From contig MU058065.1 of assembly GCA_013265495.1 (NCBI GenBank), positions 9,527,720 through 9,591,719 of the forward strand: a stretch of 64,000 nucleotides of DNA, in the 5' to 3' direction. The stretch's first letter is position 1. Each line of letters begins with the position of its first letter. Both the position numbers and the translations under genes were made by a program. Below the pieces are notes generated by a model, which searched no databases, was not told where the DNA came from, and was given only the letters and a program-made list of their open reading frames with translations. Source of the stretch: Vicugna vicugna (taxonomy: Eukaryota). Shown in pieces: positions 1-12,262 of the stretch.

Positions 1-390
1 CAATACAAAATGTGGTATTTCCATACAATGAGATACTCTGCAGTGACAAAAAGTAAAGACGTACCGACACATGCTACGAAGTTGAAGAGCCCCGTAACAG
101 TAACGTTATGCTAAGTGAAAGATGCCAGACACAGAAAACTCCATGTGGGATGATTCCATTTATTTGAGAAGTTTGGGAAAGGCCAATGAATGAGAGACAG
201 AGAGCAGAATGATGGCTGTCTGGGGGCAGGGGACAGGAACAAGGACTGACTACAAATGGACAAAGGATCTTTCTGGGGTGATAGGAAGTTTGCACATTTT
301 GCACAACTGTAAATTTAGTAAAAATCATTAAATGTTATGCTTAAAAATGGGTGAATTTTATGCTGTTAATTATAATTCATTAAAGCTCTT
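1..390 (+). mobile_element. Old L1 3' fragment (L1MB-like)
   Basis: aaaatgtggtat..ccatacaatg..atgctaagtgaaagatgccagacaca..gattccatttat typical of L1M 3' ends. Confidence 0.75.
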
Positions 391-1354
391 ACAAAAACCA
401 ACACAACATAATAGAGGCCTTTGTTAATTCCATTTAACCACTGGTTTTCCTGGCCTGATTACGAATCCCAACATGGCTATGTGGGATGTACGTCACATCT
501 TATTTTATTAGTAGATGAGAAGAGTGACTAAATATGTTGCTGGAGGAGGCACGGAGTAGATCAGGCCCAACAAATCCACAGATGCACTGACAGATTTTTT
601 TTTCGCTATGGGCATACTGGTCACATCGCCTGCAGGGAAGGACATGGCTGATTCATTGAGTAGCCATCCTTCATTCCATGTAGCTGGCCATGGGAGGGAT
701 GAAGTTCTTGTGTGTCATCTGCGTGCTGGGGAAACTGTATTGGATATGGGGTATTACACTATCTTAATCCCAGAAGACAAAAGATACCCCTTGTTAAACT
801 GGAGCTAGTCTTGCCTTAAAGGATGAGATCATTTCTTTGACCACTAATCTTTTTCTTACCAAATGCCCTCTCTTTGGGCCACAACAGAATAGGAAGCCCA
901 TAGGGAACCTTCTGGTTTTAACTTGGGCTCTTGATGTGGCTTTTGAAGAATATCCTGGAACTTGCTCCAGAATAGCCAAATATCAGATGGCAATTCCCAG
1001 AAGGGGACCAGCTAAGAGTGGGGAGAGCAGGAACACTGGCAAGGAGTCTATGATACTGTTCCAGGCCCAGGGGGAAAAAATACACTATTTTTTTGTCCAT
1101 CAAACAGGCAAACTGGAAAATTAGGAAGTATACACGTCTAATTTGGAGTTCTTAGAAAAATAATTGGCCTGAGAGTATAGGCTGGGTGGCTTAATTCACT
1201 TCCAGCAATACCTCAAAGAGGGTTTCACCCTGGTGGTCCAGTTCCACTGCCCTGTGGCCCCAGCTACCTTTTCATTTTCACGTCCTTTGATTCTCTTGTG
1301 TGTAACTGATTTTTTAAGGTGTATTCACCGCCTTTCTAAAATAAAAAAAAATTA

Positions 1355-2076
1355 TTTTTTTATTATGCTGCGAATACTTTACATGAGATCTACCTTTCTG
1401 AAAAGTTTTTAAGCACACAGTACAGTACTATTAACTGTAGGCATGATGTTGTACATAGATCACCAGCACTTTTTCTTTCGGCATGACTGAAACATTGAAC
1501 AGCAACTCCCCATTTCTCCCTCTCCCAGGACCCTGGCAACCACCATTCTATTCTGTTTCTATGAATTTACTAGTTAAGATATTTCATGTAAGTGGAATCA
1601 TCCATCGGTGTCAGGCTTATTTCATTTAGCATAATTTCCTTCTGGTTCATCCATGTCATCACATTACCTTTTTATTTATGGCTGAATAATATACTCCATT
1701 GTATGTATATACCACATATTCTTTATCCATTCATCTGTCCTGGACATTTAAGTTATTTCTGTATCTTGGCTATTAGGAATAATGCTGCAATAAACATGGG
1801 AAGGCAGATACCTCTTTGAGATCCCAATTTCAATTATTTTGGACAAATACCGAGAAGCAAGGTTGCTAGATTGTGTGGCAGTTCTATTTTTAACTTTCTG
1901 AGGAACGTCCATACTGTTTTCTATGGCATTTGCATCATATGACATTCCCACCAACACGGGTTCTCTTTTCTCTACATTCTCACCAGTTGTTATCTTTCGT
2001 TTTCTTGATAATGGCCATCCTAACAGGTGTGAGGCAATATCTTATTGTGGTTTTGATTTGCATTTTCCTGATGATT
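1355..2076 (-). mobile_element. L1 3' fragment (L1MA8/9-like), ORF2 C-terminus plus 3' UTR
   Basis: acatgagatctacc..tacagtactattaactgtaggc; ataatggccatcctaacaggtgtgagg..ttttgatttgcatttt (antisense L1 ORF2 end). Confidence 0.85.
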
Positions 2077-2360
2077 TGTATTTACCCTTCTACTACTAGT
2101 GCCTGGCCAGGCCTGGAGCACAGCAGATGTTCAATAAATGTTTGTTCAATGAGTGAATTAGTTATAAATGAAGTCATTTTCAGTACAAGCACAAACACTC
2201 AATGTGAGAATGGTGGGGAAGGGGGGCAGTTGTGTCTGTGACACAAAACCAAAAAAAGGTCCAGGCTGCTGGGATTCCTTCTGGCTTCATATTATGAGGC
2301 TGCCAAAAATGGCTGGGACCTGGGGACTTGAATAAGTTCACCACAGTGGAATGAGATAAG

Positions 2361-2423
2361 TGTTTTGTAGAAGGAGAAGAATGTAAATGTTTTGTAGAAG
2401 GAGAAGAACGTAAATGTCTTGTA
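2361..2423 (+). repeat. 27-bp tandem repeat, ~2.3 copies
   Basis: TGTTTTGTAGAAGGAGAAGAATGTAAA twice (1 mismatch) plus partial TGTCTTGTA. Confidence 0.85.
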
Positions 2424-5400
2424 AAAAACATGGTCTTAAATATTTGCATATACTGAATGTTTGTGCTCTGGAGCAAAGCCCAGGAATGTTTTTTTTAATC
2501 TCTTCCATCCTTCAAGGCTTGCCTCAGAGCCTCTACCTCCATAGCTGCTTTCCCTGAACCTCCCATTTATTCTAGTACAAATTTCTGTTTCAGCAAATAT
2601 TTGTGTTCCCACCGTCCTCTGAATGCCATGGCTCTTTGCATTCTTCGTGCCCAGTCATCCTATCCACTTTCGTCTCCAGGGACAGCTCTCTGCCTTGTCT
2701 CATCCTCCCTTCTCAACGGCAAGCTCAGTGGCAGCAGCAGCTCTGTGTGTCCCATATGGGAACAGTAAATATTTGTCTGATTGGACCGATTAATCAAATC
2801 ATTTGGTTGGTATCAGATTACTTTCTTAGGCAAGGGAGACGAGTCTGATGAAATGGCTTATAGACCCCCAGTACTGTTTCAAAATAGCTCCTCTTCTAGA
2901 AACTGATGTCCATCTGTAGGTGTTGTGACTCATTTTTTAAATAGAAAAACCAATATTTTTCCCTAAAAAGCATTTATCAACTCGACAGATATAGAGAGAA
3001 TATTTTCAGTTGACCAAGTTTGTCAAAACAGTACCTAATTTCAGAAAGGAAGTTAGAACTAGGGGTGAAATTCCATCTCTATATTTGATCGTTGCTATGA
3101 AAATATGTAAATAATATTTCACGCTAGTGAACAATATTTATAAAGTGTTTTGCCCTGTGTGGATATGCCCCTAATTAATGTTATTTTATATGGACAAGGC
3201 AAGCCATTTAAAAAATCAATTTATACTTTTGTTAGTGTCATAGTCCCTGGTTCTACTGTAAAGCTTTCCTGATAGCTTTCCCACACTCTTACTAGCACGG
3301 GCTTTCTGGAAAGACTACAGTTTCCCTTTCTGTCTCTATGTGGCATGAAGGAAGCAGCCACATCCATTGGGTGACATCTGTGTGAGCTGAATTCTAGCCT
3401 TGACTTTGGCAAAGAATAAATGAGTCATCTGGATTAAGTCACTTGGGATCTCGACTTCCTTATCTGAATATGAATTATGAGGGAAGAGGACATCGGGATT
3501 TGCCATCATCAGCTCATAGGATTTCCTGTCCCCTCCTCACTCGCCAAGGCCCACAGCTGAGGCTCTTCGGCTCACTTCCTTTTCTCTCCCATGCAGCTGC
3601 ACTCAACCACTCTCAAAAGAACCAGAACCTCGGAGCTGATGGCTGGGTAATAACCTGTCCAGGACAGGCAGGCTATGTTGCCACACTTGGAATGGGTGAG
3701 GAGGGATGAGGTGGAGACCTAAACATGAATGGGGACAAAGGATGGAGAAGAAGCTGCAGTAAGAATGGCTCCTGCGTGCCCAGCATCTTAGGGCAGAGGG
3801 GAAGAGAAGACAAGGGGTGAGGACAGAGAGCACCAGATGGGCTGGGAGACCTGTGCTCAGGCTGACTGGGCTCCACATATCACTAGGAAGCCTGGGTCCT
3901 TAACAATATCCCCTCCCTCCCAATCCCCATAAACTCCAGGACAGACTTCTGACAGCCTCATTAAGAACCAATGCTGGCTTAAAACCCCCTTCATGCTACA
4001 GGATAAGTAAATAGTAAAACTATGCGAGGATTAGATCTCTTGGGGAGAAAGGGCATGAGAACACTGTGAGTCTAAAGTGGGAACCGGCCTCCTCTCCATC
4101 TATCGCTCGCCAGGGGAAGTTCTCATGAATACAGGAAGCCCCTGGGATCTTCTTTCTCCTTCCCAGTCAGAGCTCATGCAAGTCCTGCAACGCTCCATTG
4201 GATTCCGGCCCCTTGGAGGTTCACCTCTGCCCCCGGGCGCCGCACTTCCCAGTGCCCTCATCCTTCTTCAGGACTGTATCCTGAACTCAAGGCTAGACCT
4301 CAGGAATGCAGGGCTACATGCTTTCACTCCTTTTTTTAGGCCCATTTGAAACGCTCTTTTAACTGGTAGAGGAAAGAGTCGTCAAGAGGAAGTAAACAAG
4401 AGACACAGCTCACGCACTTTCTGATTTTGCTGGAGATGGGCTGGGCCTCCGACAAGCAGACTTCTTCCCCACAGACTGAAGTCAAAAAGCTGACAAACAG
4501 TGCAGGCACCGTCTGGTGGCATGCAGTGTGTCATGCACTTAAGGGAACACGGCGCTGCTTCATTTCTTCTGAAAACTCATCTGCCTTGACTCTTGCTCTT
4601 CTGCCTTGGCTAATAGCTGGGACTTTTGACCTGTACCTCATGTCTCCTTGTCTTGTCTAGCATTTTTAATGTTATTTTTAAACCTTCCTGACAGGATAGG
4701 TATGCTAATGTTTCCTGAAGCATTCTTTACTCCACCCCTCCCCATAATTAGGCCTTTTTTTCCCTCTTAAAAATTGTTTAGAGTGTTTCTAATATTTCAA
4801 ATGACTCTTAAAGACATCTAACTGCTTTGCCCTCCCTGCCTGTCAATCCAGATCCTACTCCTGCTACTACAGGTATTTAGAGTTAAGAGTGCTGTTGAGA
4901 ATGGTGACCCCTCTATTACTTTATCCTCACTCTGGAAAAGCCGGCAGAAAAATTCCGTTTAGACCTAATTTTCTAAGCAAAAGGAAGCCTTTTGCCTCTC
5001 CTCTTTAACCAGTACATTTTCACAGATAATAATGATTCTTGTAACAATCATGTTTCTTTTTTACTTCGGCACAGCTCAACTCTAGCAACTGTGTAAAACC
5101 CTACAGCAGGTCTCCTGTCTACTAATTCTCGTATCGGGTCTTATCACGACCTGTCTTTGTGTGTGTGTTGGTAAGGGTTGATTTCTCTTAATTTTGGAAA
5201 AAGATTTTTCTCAAATCTGTTTACATTTTAAAATTTTAAAAAATATTTTTATTCTGAGCAAATTTTAGGCTTGCAGAAAAGCTGCAAACATAGAAGAGAG
5301 TTCCTGTGTACCTTTCATCCCCCTCATCTTACTTTTAATTTTGTTGTATTGGATGTATTTGTGAAAGTCACCTAAAATTCTTTTTGGAACAAGGCCCACA

Positions 5401-7821
5401 GGTGCGTCACTAATTTGGCCATCTGAAGTTGTGCACCTCTGATCAAATGAGTTGGAAATGACTGATGCAGACATCCCTGGCAGCTTTGACATGGGAAGGA
5501 TGACTAGCTTAAAAATGAACTGCACCTTCTGATAATTTGCTTAAAAGTGATTTGGCCCAAGCAAATAGGAAATAAAGAATATGATCCAAAGAAAACTGGC
5601 CAGTAGTACAATCTGGTTAAAATTCTGAATCTGTAAAAACCAAATTTTTAAAATATTAATAATCAATATTAACCATAAGGTGGTTTCATAACCTTTTATG
5701 TGGTTTTAAGCATTTGTGTCCACATATCATATTCTCCCTCTCCTATTTAGACTTAAAATAATTCCTAACTAGTTTTTGACCAATAGGATATCAGTTAAAA
5801 TTACCTAGAGGTCTGACAGTTTGTGACCTTATACATAAGTTATATCGGAGATTATGAAATGTAGCATAATCCTGTTTTTAAGGATTAGATCTGTGTGTGT
5901 GTGTGTGTGTCTGTGTCCTGGAAGGAAATAGCTCAAGATTTCAAAGTTTCAACTAGATAGGTTGAATTTATAACTGTTCATAGTGTCCCTTTTTGCATGT
6001 CTGTATTTTCTATTTTTTGTACTGAGTAATGTTGCTTTTATGCCAAGAGAAAATTAACCAAAAAAACTTAAATAATAAAATAAAGCATAAAAGAAAACAT
6101 ATGAAAATTCTGTTTTAATGAATTCCCTATTAATGTATGTTTAAGTTGTTTTAACCCATCTATTTTGTTGGCCATTTAGGTTGTTCCATTGTTGTTGAAT
6201 AATTCTTTTTTTCCAACTTTTCAGTATTGTAAGAAGCAAAGAGCATAAGTAGCTGGCAACAACAACAAAGTAGTCAATTTTAACAATCAGACAAAAATGC
6301 TTAAGATGCACAGAGACACCTCATGGTATACAAACCACAATTACTAAAAGAAGCAGTGGTTGGGGTTACTCAGTTTCATGTAAGTATTATTTTACTAATT
6401 TTCCTATTGACCAAAGTACTTTTAAACTAAATACATACAAACACTTTATATTTGCTCAAAATTCATTTGGTGAAATTTCATTTAGCCAAATTGTCTTCAG
6501 TCAAATTACCTGCTGCAGTTTGTGAAATTTGAAACATCTTGGCTTTTCCCATCAGGACTTGATGTACTGATAATTCACCAGAGTCCTGAAATGTGGAGCA
6601 GAAAGGATGCCTTCTTCAGTCCTGGAGCTAGTCTAGTCTACCTTCTGGAATGTGCCCACCATTCAATAAAATGAGTCATTCTAATTTTTCAGGGATGAGA
6701 AGAGACATGTTCTGCAGTGAGGAATAAATGCTCTCACAGGTTAGTGGCTTTGGTAGTATTTTGGTCAAGCGGAAAGTAGAACAAGAATAAGCTCTCCCCT
6801 CCTGTTGTTCCCTGAGGTGAACAGTTAGCCCATAATGAGCCTTAGGGCTGTAACTGATTGAGGCTTTCTGCCTAGTTCGAGCCCAAGAAAAGAGTGTGCT
6901 ATGATCTTAATAAAATATGAAGTTACACTGGAACTTTAAGGTAAAAAAAATTTTTTTTCTCTCAAGATGTTGAGTTTCCAGGTGATCGTCCCCAAAGCTA
7001 AAATGAATAGGATGGATGCTTCTAGTGGCTGCTGTCCCTATGTTCACTTGCCTTTTGTACAAATTGGGATTGGGGGAGACGGTAAGGGACAAGCTTAGAA
7101 ATCAGTCTCTTAAATGGCTGGTAACCAAAGGTTCCCTGCAGAAGAGAATTACAAGTCTTTGTTTCTCATATAAAGTCTTTTTTGGCAACTCATTGCCATT
7201 CTTAAAACCCTATATATTCCGATGCCGTGACTTCAGGGCTTTTTTTTCTTGCCTCCAGTTTCCCCATACTCTACCTGCTCTAGCATAGTTTTAGAGAATT
7301 TAATTAAAAACAAAAAAAAGCATCTGCATAAACTTAGAAAATTTGTGGATTGGAAAACAACCCTGAAATCTATGGTTCTTTCCCTAACTGTGCAGGTAAC
7401 TTACTGAGAGGGCTGGAACAAATGATTGATGGCTTTGCTCCTTAGTTTCCCCATCCATCTACTCATCCATCCTTCTAATGACAGATAATCATTAAGCACT
7501 ATGATCCTATAGATACAAAAATAAGTAGAACCTGGTTCCTTTGTCAAGATGCTTGGAATTTAGGGGACAAGACAAGCAAAAATCAAAGATTATAATTCAG
7601 TGTGGTAAGTATGATATTGGAAGTATGCAAAGTGTGCTAAAGGAGTAAAGGGAAGGAACCTCAAATCACACGCAGAGATGGAGTGTCAGGGACCACTTCG
7701 ATGAAAAGGTGATGTCTTCTTGGAAACTTGTACTCTAGGAAATGAGAGGGGTCCATGAGTAGATCTAAAAGAACCATCCTACATCTACACTCTTACGTTA
7801 ACTGAAGAAATGCAAACAATT

Positions 7822-9918
7822 GGGTCAGGATGGTGGAGTAGTAGGACCATGAGCTTGCCTCCTCTCATGACTCCAAGAAAACCACAACTAAAGAACCATT
7901 AGGAAAAAAAGACTGGGATCTAGCCAAAATGATCTTCTTCAACTGGAAACATAAAGAGGGAACCGTAGTGATATAATTGGGCCCCATATTCTCCCGGAAT
8001 GGGCGACCCACACGCTGAAGAATAATTAAGTTGAAGAGGCCCTCCCACAGGAGTGAGAGTTCTATGCACCATGTCAGGCTCCCCAGCCCAGGGTGCTGGC
8101 ACTAGGGGGCGGAGATCCTAGCATATTTAGTTTTGAAGGCCAGTGGGGCTTAACTCCAGGAGCCCTATGGGACTGAGGGAAACAGAGATTTCACTCTCTC
8201 AGGAAGCACACAAAGAATCTCACATGTGCCAGGACCAAGGGCAGGGGCAGTGATTTCATAAGAACCTGGGCCAGACCCGCCTGCTGGTTGTGGAAGGTCT
8301 CCTGGCGAGGTAGGGGGTGGCTGTGGCTCTCCCTTGGGACATAAAAGCTGGTGGCAGACATTTGGGGAGTGTTCTTCTACACGAGCTTTCCTGGAGGCTG
8401 ACATCTTGCTTGGGTCATTAGTATGAAGACCAAGCCCCATGCATCAGCGGACTTCCTGAACCCAGAGCCGCCTCTAGACACGCCCTTAGGCACAGCCCTA
8501 CCCACCAGAGGGTCAAGACCAAGCTCCACCCAACAGTGGGCAGGCACTGACTCCTCTTGCCAGGAAACCTGCACAAGCCTCTAGTCCAGCCTCACCCACC
8601 AGGGGGAAGATACCAGAAGTAAGAAAACAACAATCCCAAAGCCTGTAGAAGGAACCTGCAAACGCAGCCCAGACTCTGACCTGGAACCAGCTGGACCCTG
8701 GCCCTTTGGTGACAAGAGAGGAGTGCACTGCTGGGACGTATAGGGCATATCCTACAGAGGGCCACTTCTCCAAGGTCAAGAAAAGTAACTAACCTACATA
8801 AACATACAAATAGAAATTTAGACAATGAGGCAGCAGAATATATTCCAGGCAAAGGCATAAGGTAAAATCCCAGAAGAAGAAATAAATGATGAGGAGGCAG
8901 GCAATTTATCTGAGGAAGGGTTTAGAGTTACGATCATGAAGATGTTCAGAGAACTTGGGAGAATAGATGCACAGAGCGAAGTTTTTAGCAGAGAGTTAGA
9001 AAATATAAAGAACACCCAAACAGAGTTGAGGAATACAGTTACTGAAAAGAATAATACACTAGAAGGAACCAAGGAGAGACTAAGTGAAGCAGAAGAATGG
9101 ATCAGTGAGCCTGAAGACAGATAAGTGGAAATTGCAAAACAGAAAAAAGAAAAAAGAATGAAAAGAAATGAGGATAGTTTAAGAGATCTCTGGGACAACA
9201 TTATCACATTACAGGGATCCCAGAAAGAGAAGAGAGAACCTGAGAAAATTTCTGGAGAGATAATAACCAAAAACTTTCCCAAATTGGGAAAGGAAACAAG
9301 ACCATGTATGACAAATCCACAGCTAACATCATACTTAATGGCGAAAAGCTGAAAGCATTTCCTCTAAGATCAGGAACAAGACAAGACTGTCCATTCCCAC
9401 AACTTTTATTCAACATAATTTTGCAAGTCCTAGCCATAGCAATCACAGAAGAAAAATAAATAAAAGGAATTTAAATTGGAAAAGAAGTAAAACTGTCAGT
9501 TTGCAAATGACAACGCAATCAAAAAATGGACAGAAGACCTAAATAGACATCTCTCCAAAGAAGACAGACAGATGGCCAACAAGCACATGAAAAGATGCTC
9601 AACATCACTAATTGTTAGAGAAATGCAAATCAAAACTACAATGAGATATCACTTCAAACCAGTCAGAATGGCCATCATTAAAAAGTCTACAAACAACAAA
9701 TGCTGGAGAGGGTATGGAGAAAAAGGAAACTTCTATGCTGTTGGTGGGAATAAAAATTGGTGCAGCCACTGTGGAAGACAGTATGGAGATTCCTTAAAAA
9801 ACTAAAAATAGACTTACCATATGATCCAGAAATCCCACTTCTGGGCATATACCTGGAGAAAAATATAATTCAAAAAGACACATGCACCGCAGTGTTCACA
9901 GTAGCACTATTTACAATC
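7822..9918 (+). mobile_element. L1 with 5' UTR, partial ORF1 and two large internal deletions (cetartiodactyl-type)
   Basis: 5' start ggatggtggagtagtaggaccatgagc; ORF1 remnant (ELENIKNTQTELRNTVTEKNNTLEG..KRNEDSLRDLWDNI); RT remnant ([29 protein letters not shown]) from 9301; ORF2 C-terminus ([27 protein letters not shown]) from ~9512. Confidence 0.92.
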
Positions 9919-10199
9919 ATTCAAGTGCTATAATATTCACAGAAAAGCAACCCCCAAGCTTTGTCTCCATTTATGGGTACATATAGCCCCAAAGTTAGTT
10001 TTTCATTAAATTTTCTGGTTACCATTTGATTTTAAAACAATACCTCACTTTTCAAAAAGTGATCTGCTCCATATCCAAACTAATTATAGACGTAGTTGCA
10101 AATCTACACAAATTGCTTAAAAAATCTGAAGCAAATTATTTCAATTTCTAGCACCCACTGTTGGTTCCCTTCCTACTGTTTACTTTTCCTTCTTCTTTT

Positions 10200-10620
10200 T
10201 CCCAAGAGAATTCCAGTTTGGCCCATGGTGGATGCTAATTGGTCCAAATCAATCATGAGAATTCTATCCCCCTAGTCAGTGGTTGGTTTAGGAAAGGGAA
10301 GTCAATTGGAGAAGGGGCAGTTCTGGAAAAGGTTCCTTTCTCCTGAAAAAGACATAGAAGGAGATGTTCTCTTTCCTTCCCTGGAATGGATCAGGATGTG
10401 CCTCTGGAACCACTGCAGCCATATTGCCACCAGAGGATGAAGCCAAGCATGGAAGAAGGCAGAGTTGGCAGAATTACCCAGGAGTAAAACAGGGCCTGAA
10501 GTATCGTGCTCCATCCTCCTTGGGCTCTCTGTTCTGTGAGACAATAAATTGCCTTGCTGTTTAAGCCATGATGAGTCAGGATTTTCAATTAGCTGCAGTC
10601 AAAAACAGCCTAACTAATAG
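10200..10620 (+). mobile_element. Old ERVL-class solo LTR fragment (LTR16/LTR33-like)
   Basis: aattggtccaaatcaatcatga..cagccatattgccaccagagg..gtgagacaataaattgccttgctgtttaagcca motifs. Confidence 0.55.
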
Positions 10621-12139
10621 CCAAGTACGCACTGAAGTTTGTGCACTGTGTTTATAGGATATTATGTCAGGCATTTAATTCTAGGAAACAGGCTTATCTG
10701 ATTTCCCAGCTCATCACAGATTAGAAACAGCACGTTAGAAGCAGAGAAAGGGCTGTCAGAGACAGGAAGCCAGACAGAGAAGGAAGAGACATAAAGGCAG
10801 AAATAAGAACTAAGGATGTAACAGTGGGGGATTATTTAATGTTGGAGCAAACAAATCCTCCCCCCTCCATAGCCCTTGTGGGTATCAGTACATCTCAGTG
10901 ACTAATCCATAATGATGGCCACATGTCATCAACGGAAGTTGGCTTTCTGTTTAAGCGTATTCTGTTTTAGGAGGTTGAGTCTGATTAATATTTAAAAATA
11001 TTTCTTCATAAACAAGGAAAAGGTTAAATGATTAAAAGGATAAGCTTATCTTAAAGGCACACAGAGAATGAACTCCCTTGTGGTGCTCAATAAATGGGTG
11101 CTGTACAAATGTGCAAGCAGAAATCTGTTAGAAGTTGGCTTCGTTGAGAGAAAAGGGAGGAGGGGAAATGAAGAGGTATTTTGATTACTACACAGAGAGA
11201 CTCATTTTAGTTTCTGGTTTCCAAGAGAAGACCCAGCAGAGGAGAAGCAAAGCTGGCAGATGAGGATGTGGTACTGCTCTTCTGCAAGTTACCTTATTTT
11301 GGTTCAATGGCTCAGCAAGCCTGGCTAAGCTGTTTCCTCAAAAGCCTGCCAGTAGGAAGTAAATAAGCTATTGGACTCTCCTCCTAGAGAGGGGTTGAGC
11401 ACTTGTAATTAAAGTGTAAATAATTTGCAGGGCCAACAGCTTGTAGACAAAAATAACTGGAAAGATCATAGACACTGAAACTGCACCACACAAAACAGGT
11501 TCTAAGTCTTTGTCTTCACAAACGCTAAGCCCACCAGTTGATTTAGTCACCTTGGTGAGAAATCACCCAAGCCGAGTCACTTGCAAGCATACACAGGAAA
11601 CCAGCTGGTTGCTATATGCTGCTGATGACGCCAGGGACCTGCTGACGCCAGGGACCAAAACTGAGGCAGGCTTGTTCACCAGGTTCCCAGGCCATGAGCA
11701 ACTCAGAACATAAGCGTTACAATGAACTCAGGACTTGCCTGCAATCAGCTGGTTAATCCATTGTCCCACACACCTCCCACTCCTTGGACTGGAAATGCTG
11801 CTGCAGGCTGCCCAGAGTCAGGCTCCGCCTAGGCCCCCAGGGGCCTGCCCTCGTCCTGCTGAGACTCGGGCTGTCTGTACAGGCTCCCGCTCACCAGGGT
11901 GTCACTTTGGTTTTAACATTCCCCTTCATTTGAGGAGGATCCTAAAACTTAAATAATACGCAAATAAAAGCTAAATAAAATGGGAGCAAACCTAAGACCT
12001 TTTCTGTGTAATTACCAACAAATGTGCACGTGTGTGCCTTATACATAGCAGGTACTCATAATTTTTTAAATGAATAATAAATGATTTATTAATCTGTGTA
12101 TGAGGGAAGTATATAAAGAATTAAGGAATTTCATGAATG

Positions 12140-12262
12140 TGAATATAAAAACAAATATGTATGTGTATGTATGACTGAAACATTATGATGTACACCAGAA
12201 GTTGACACTGTAAACTGACTATACTTCAATTAAAAAAAAGAAAAAAATTAATTAAAAAAAAG
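12140..12262 (+). mobile_element. Short young L1 3' end with A-rich tail
   Basis: gactgaaacattatgatgtacaccagaagttgacactgtaaactgactatacttcaattaaaaaaa; same terminus as the element at 21827-21979. Confidence 0.85.

Noticed and set aside
2361..2423. CRISPR-like short direct repeats (also the TGACGCCAGGGACC pair at 11626-11656)
   Set aside because: Only two adjacent copies without unique spacers, in eukaryotic DNA; ordinary slippage duplications
8818..9805. Several 60-154 aa ORFs as host genes
   Set aside because: Sense and antisense translations of disrupted L1 ORF1/ORF2 with stops and frameshifts
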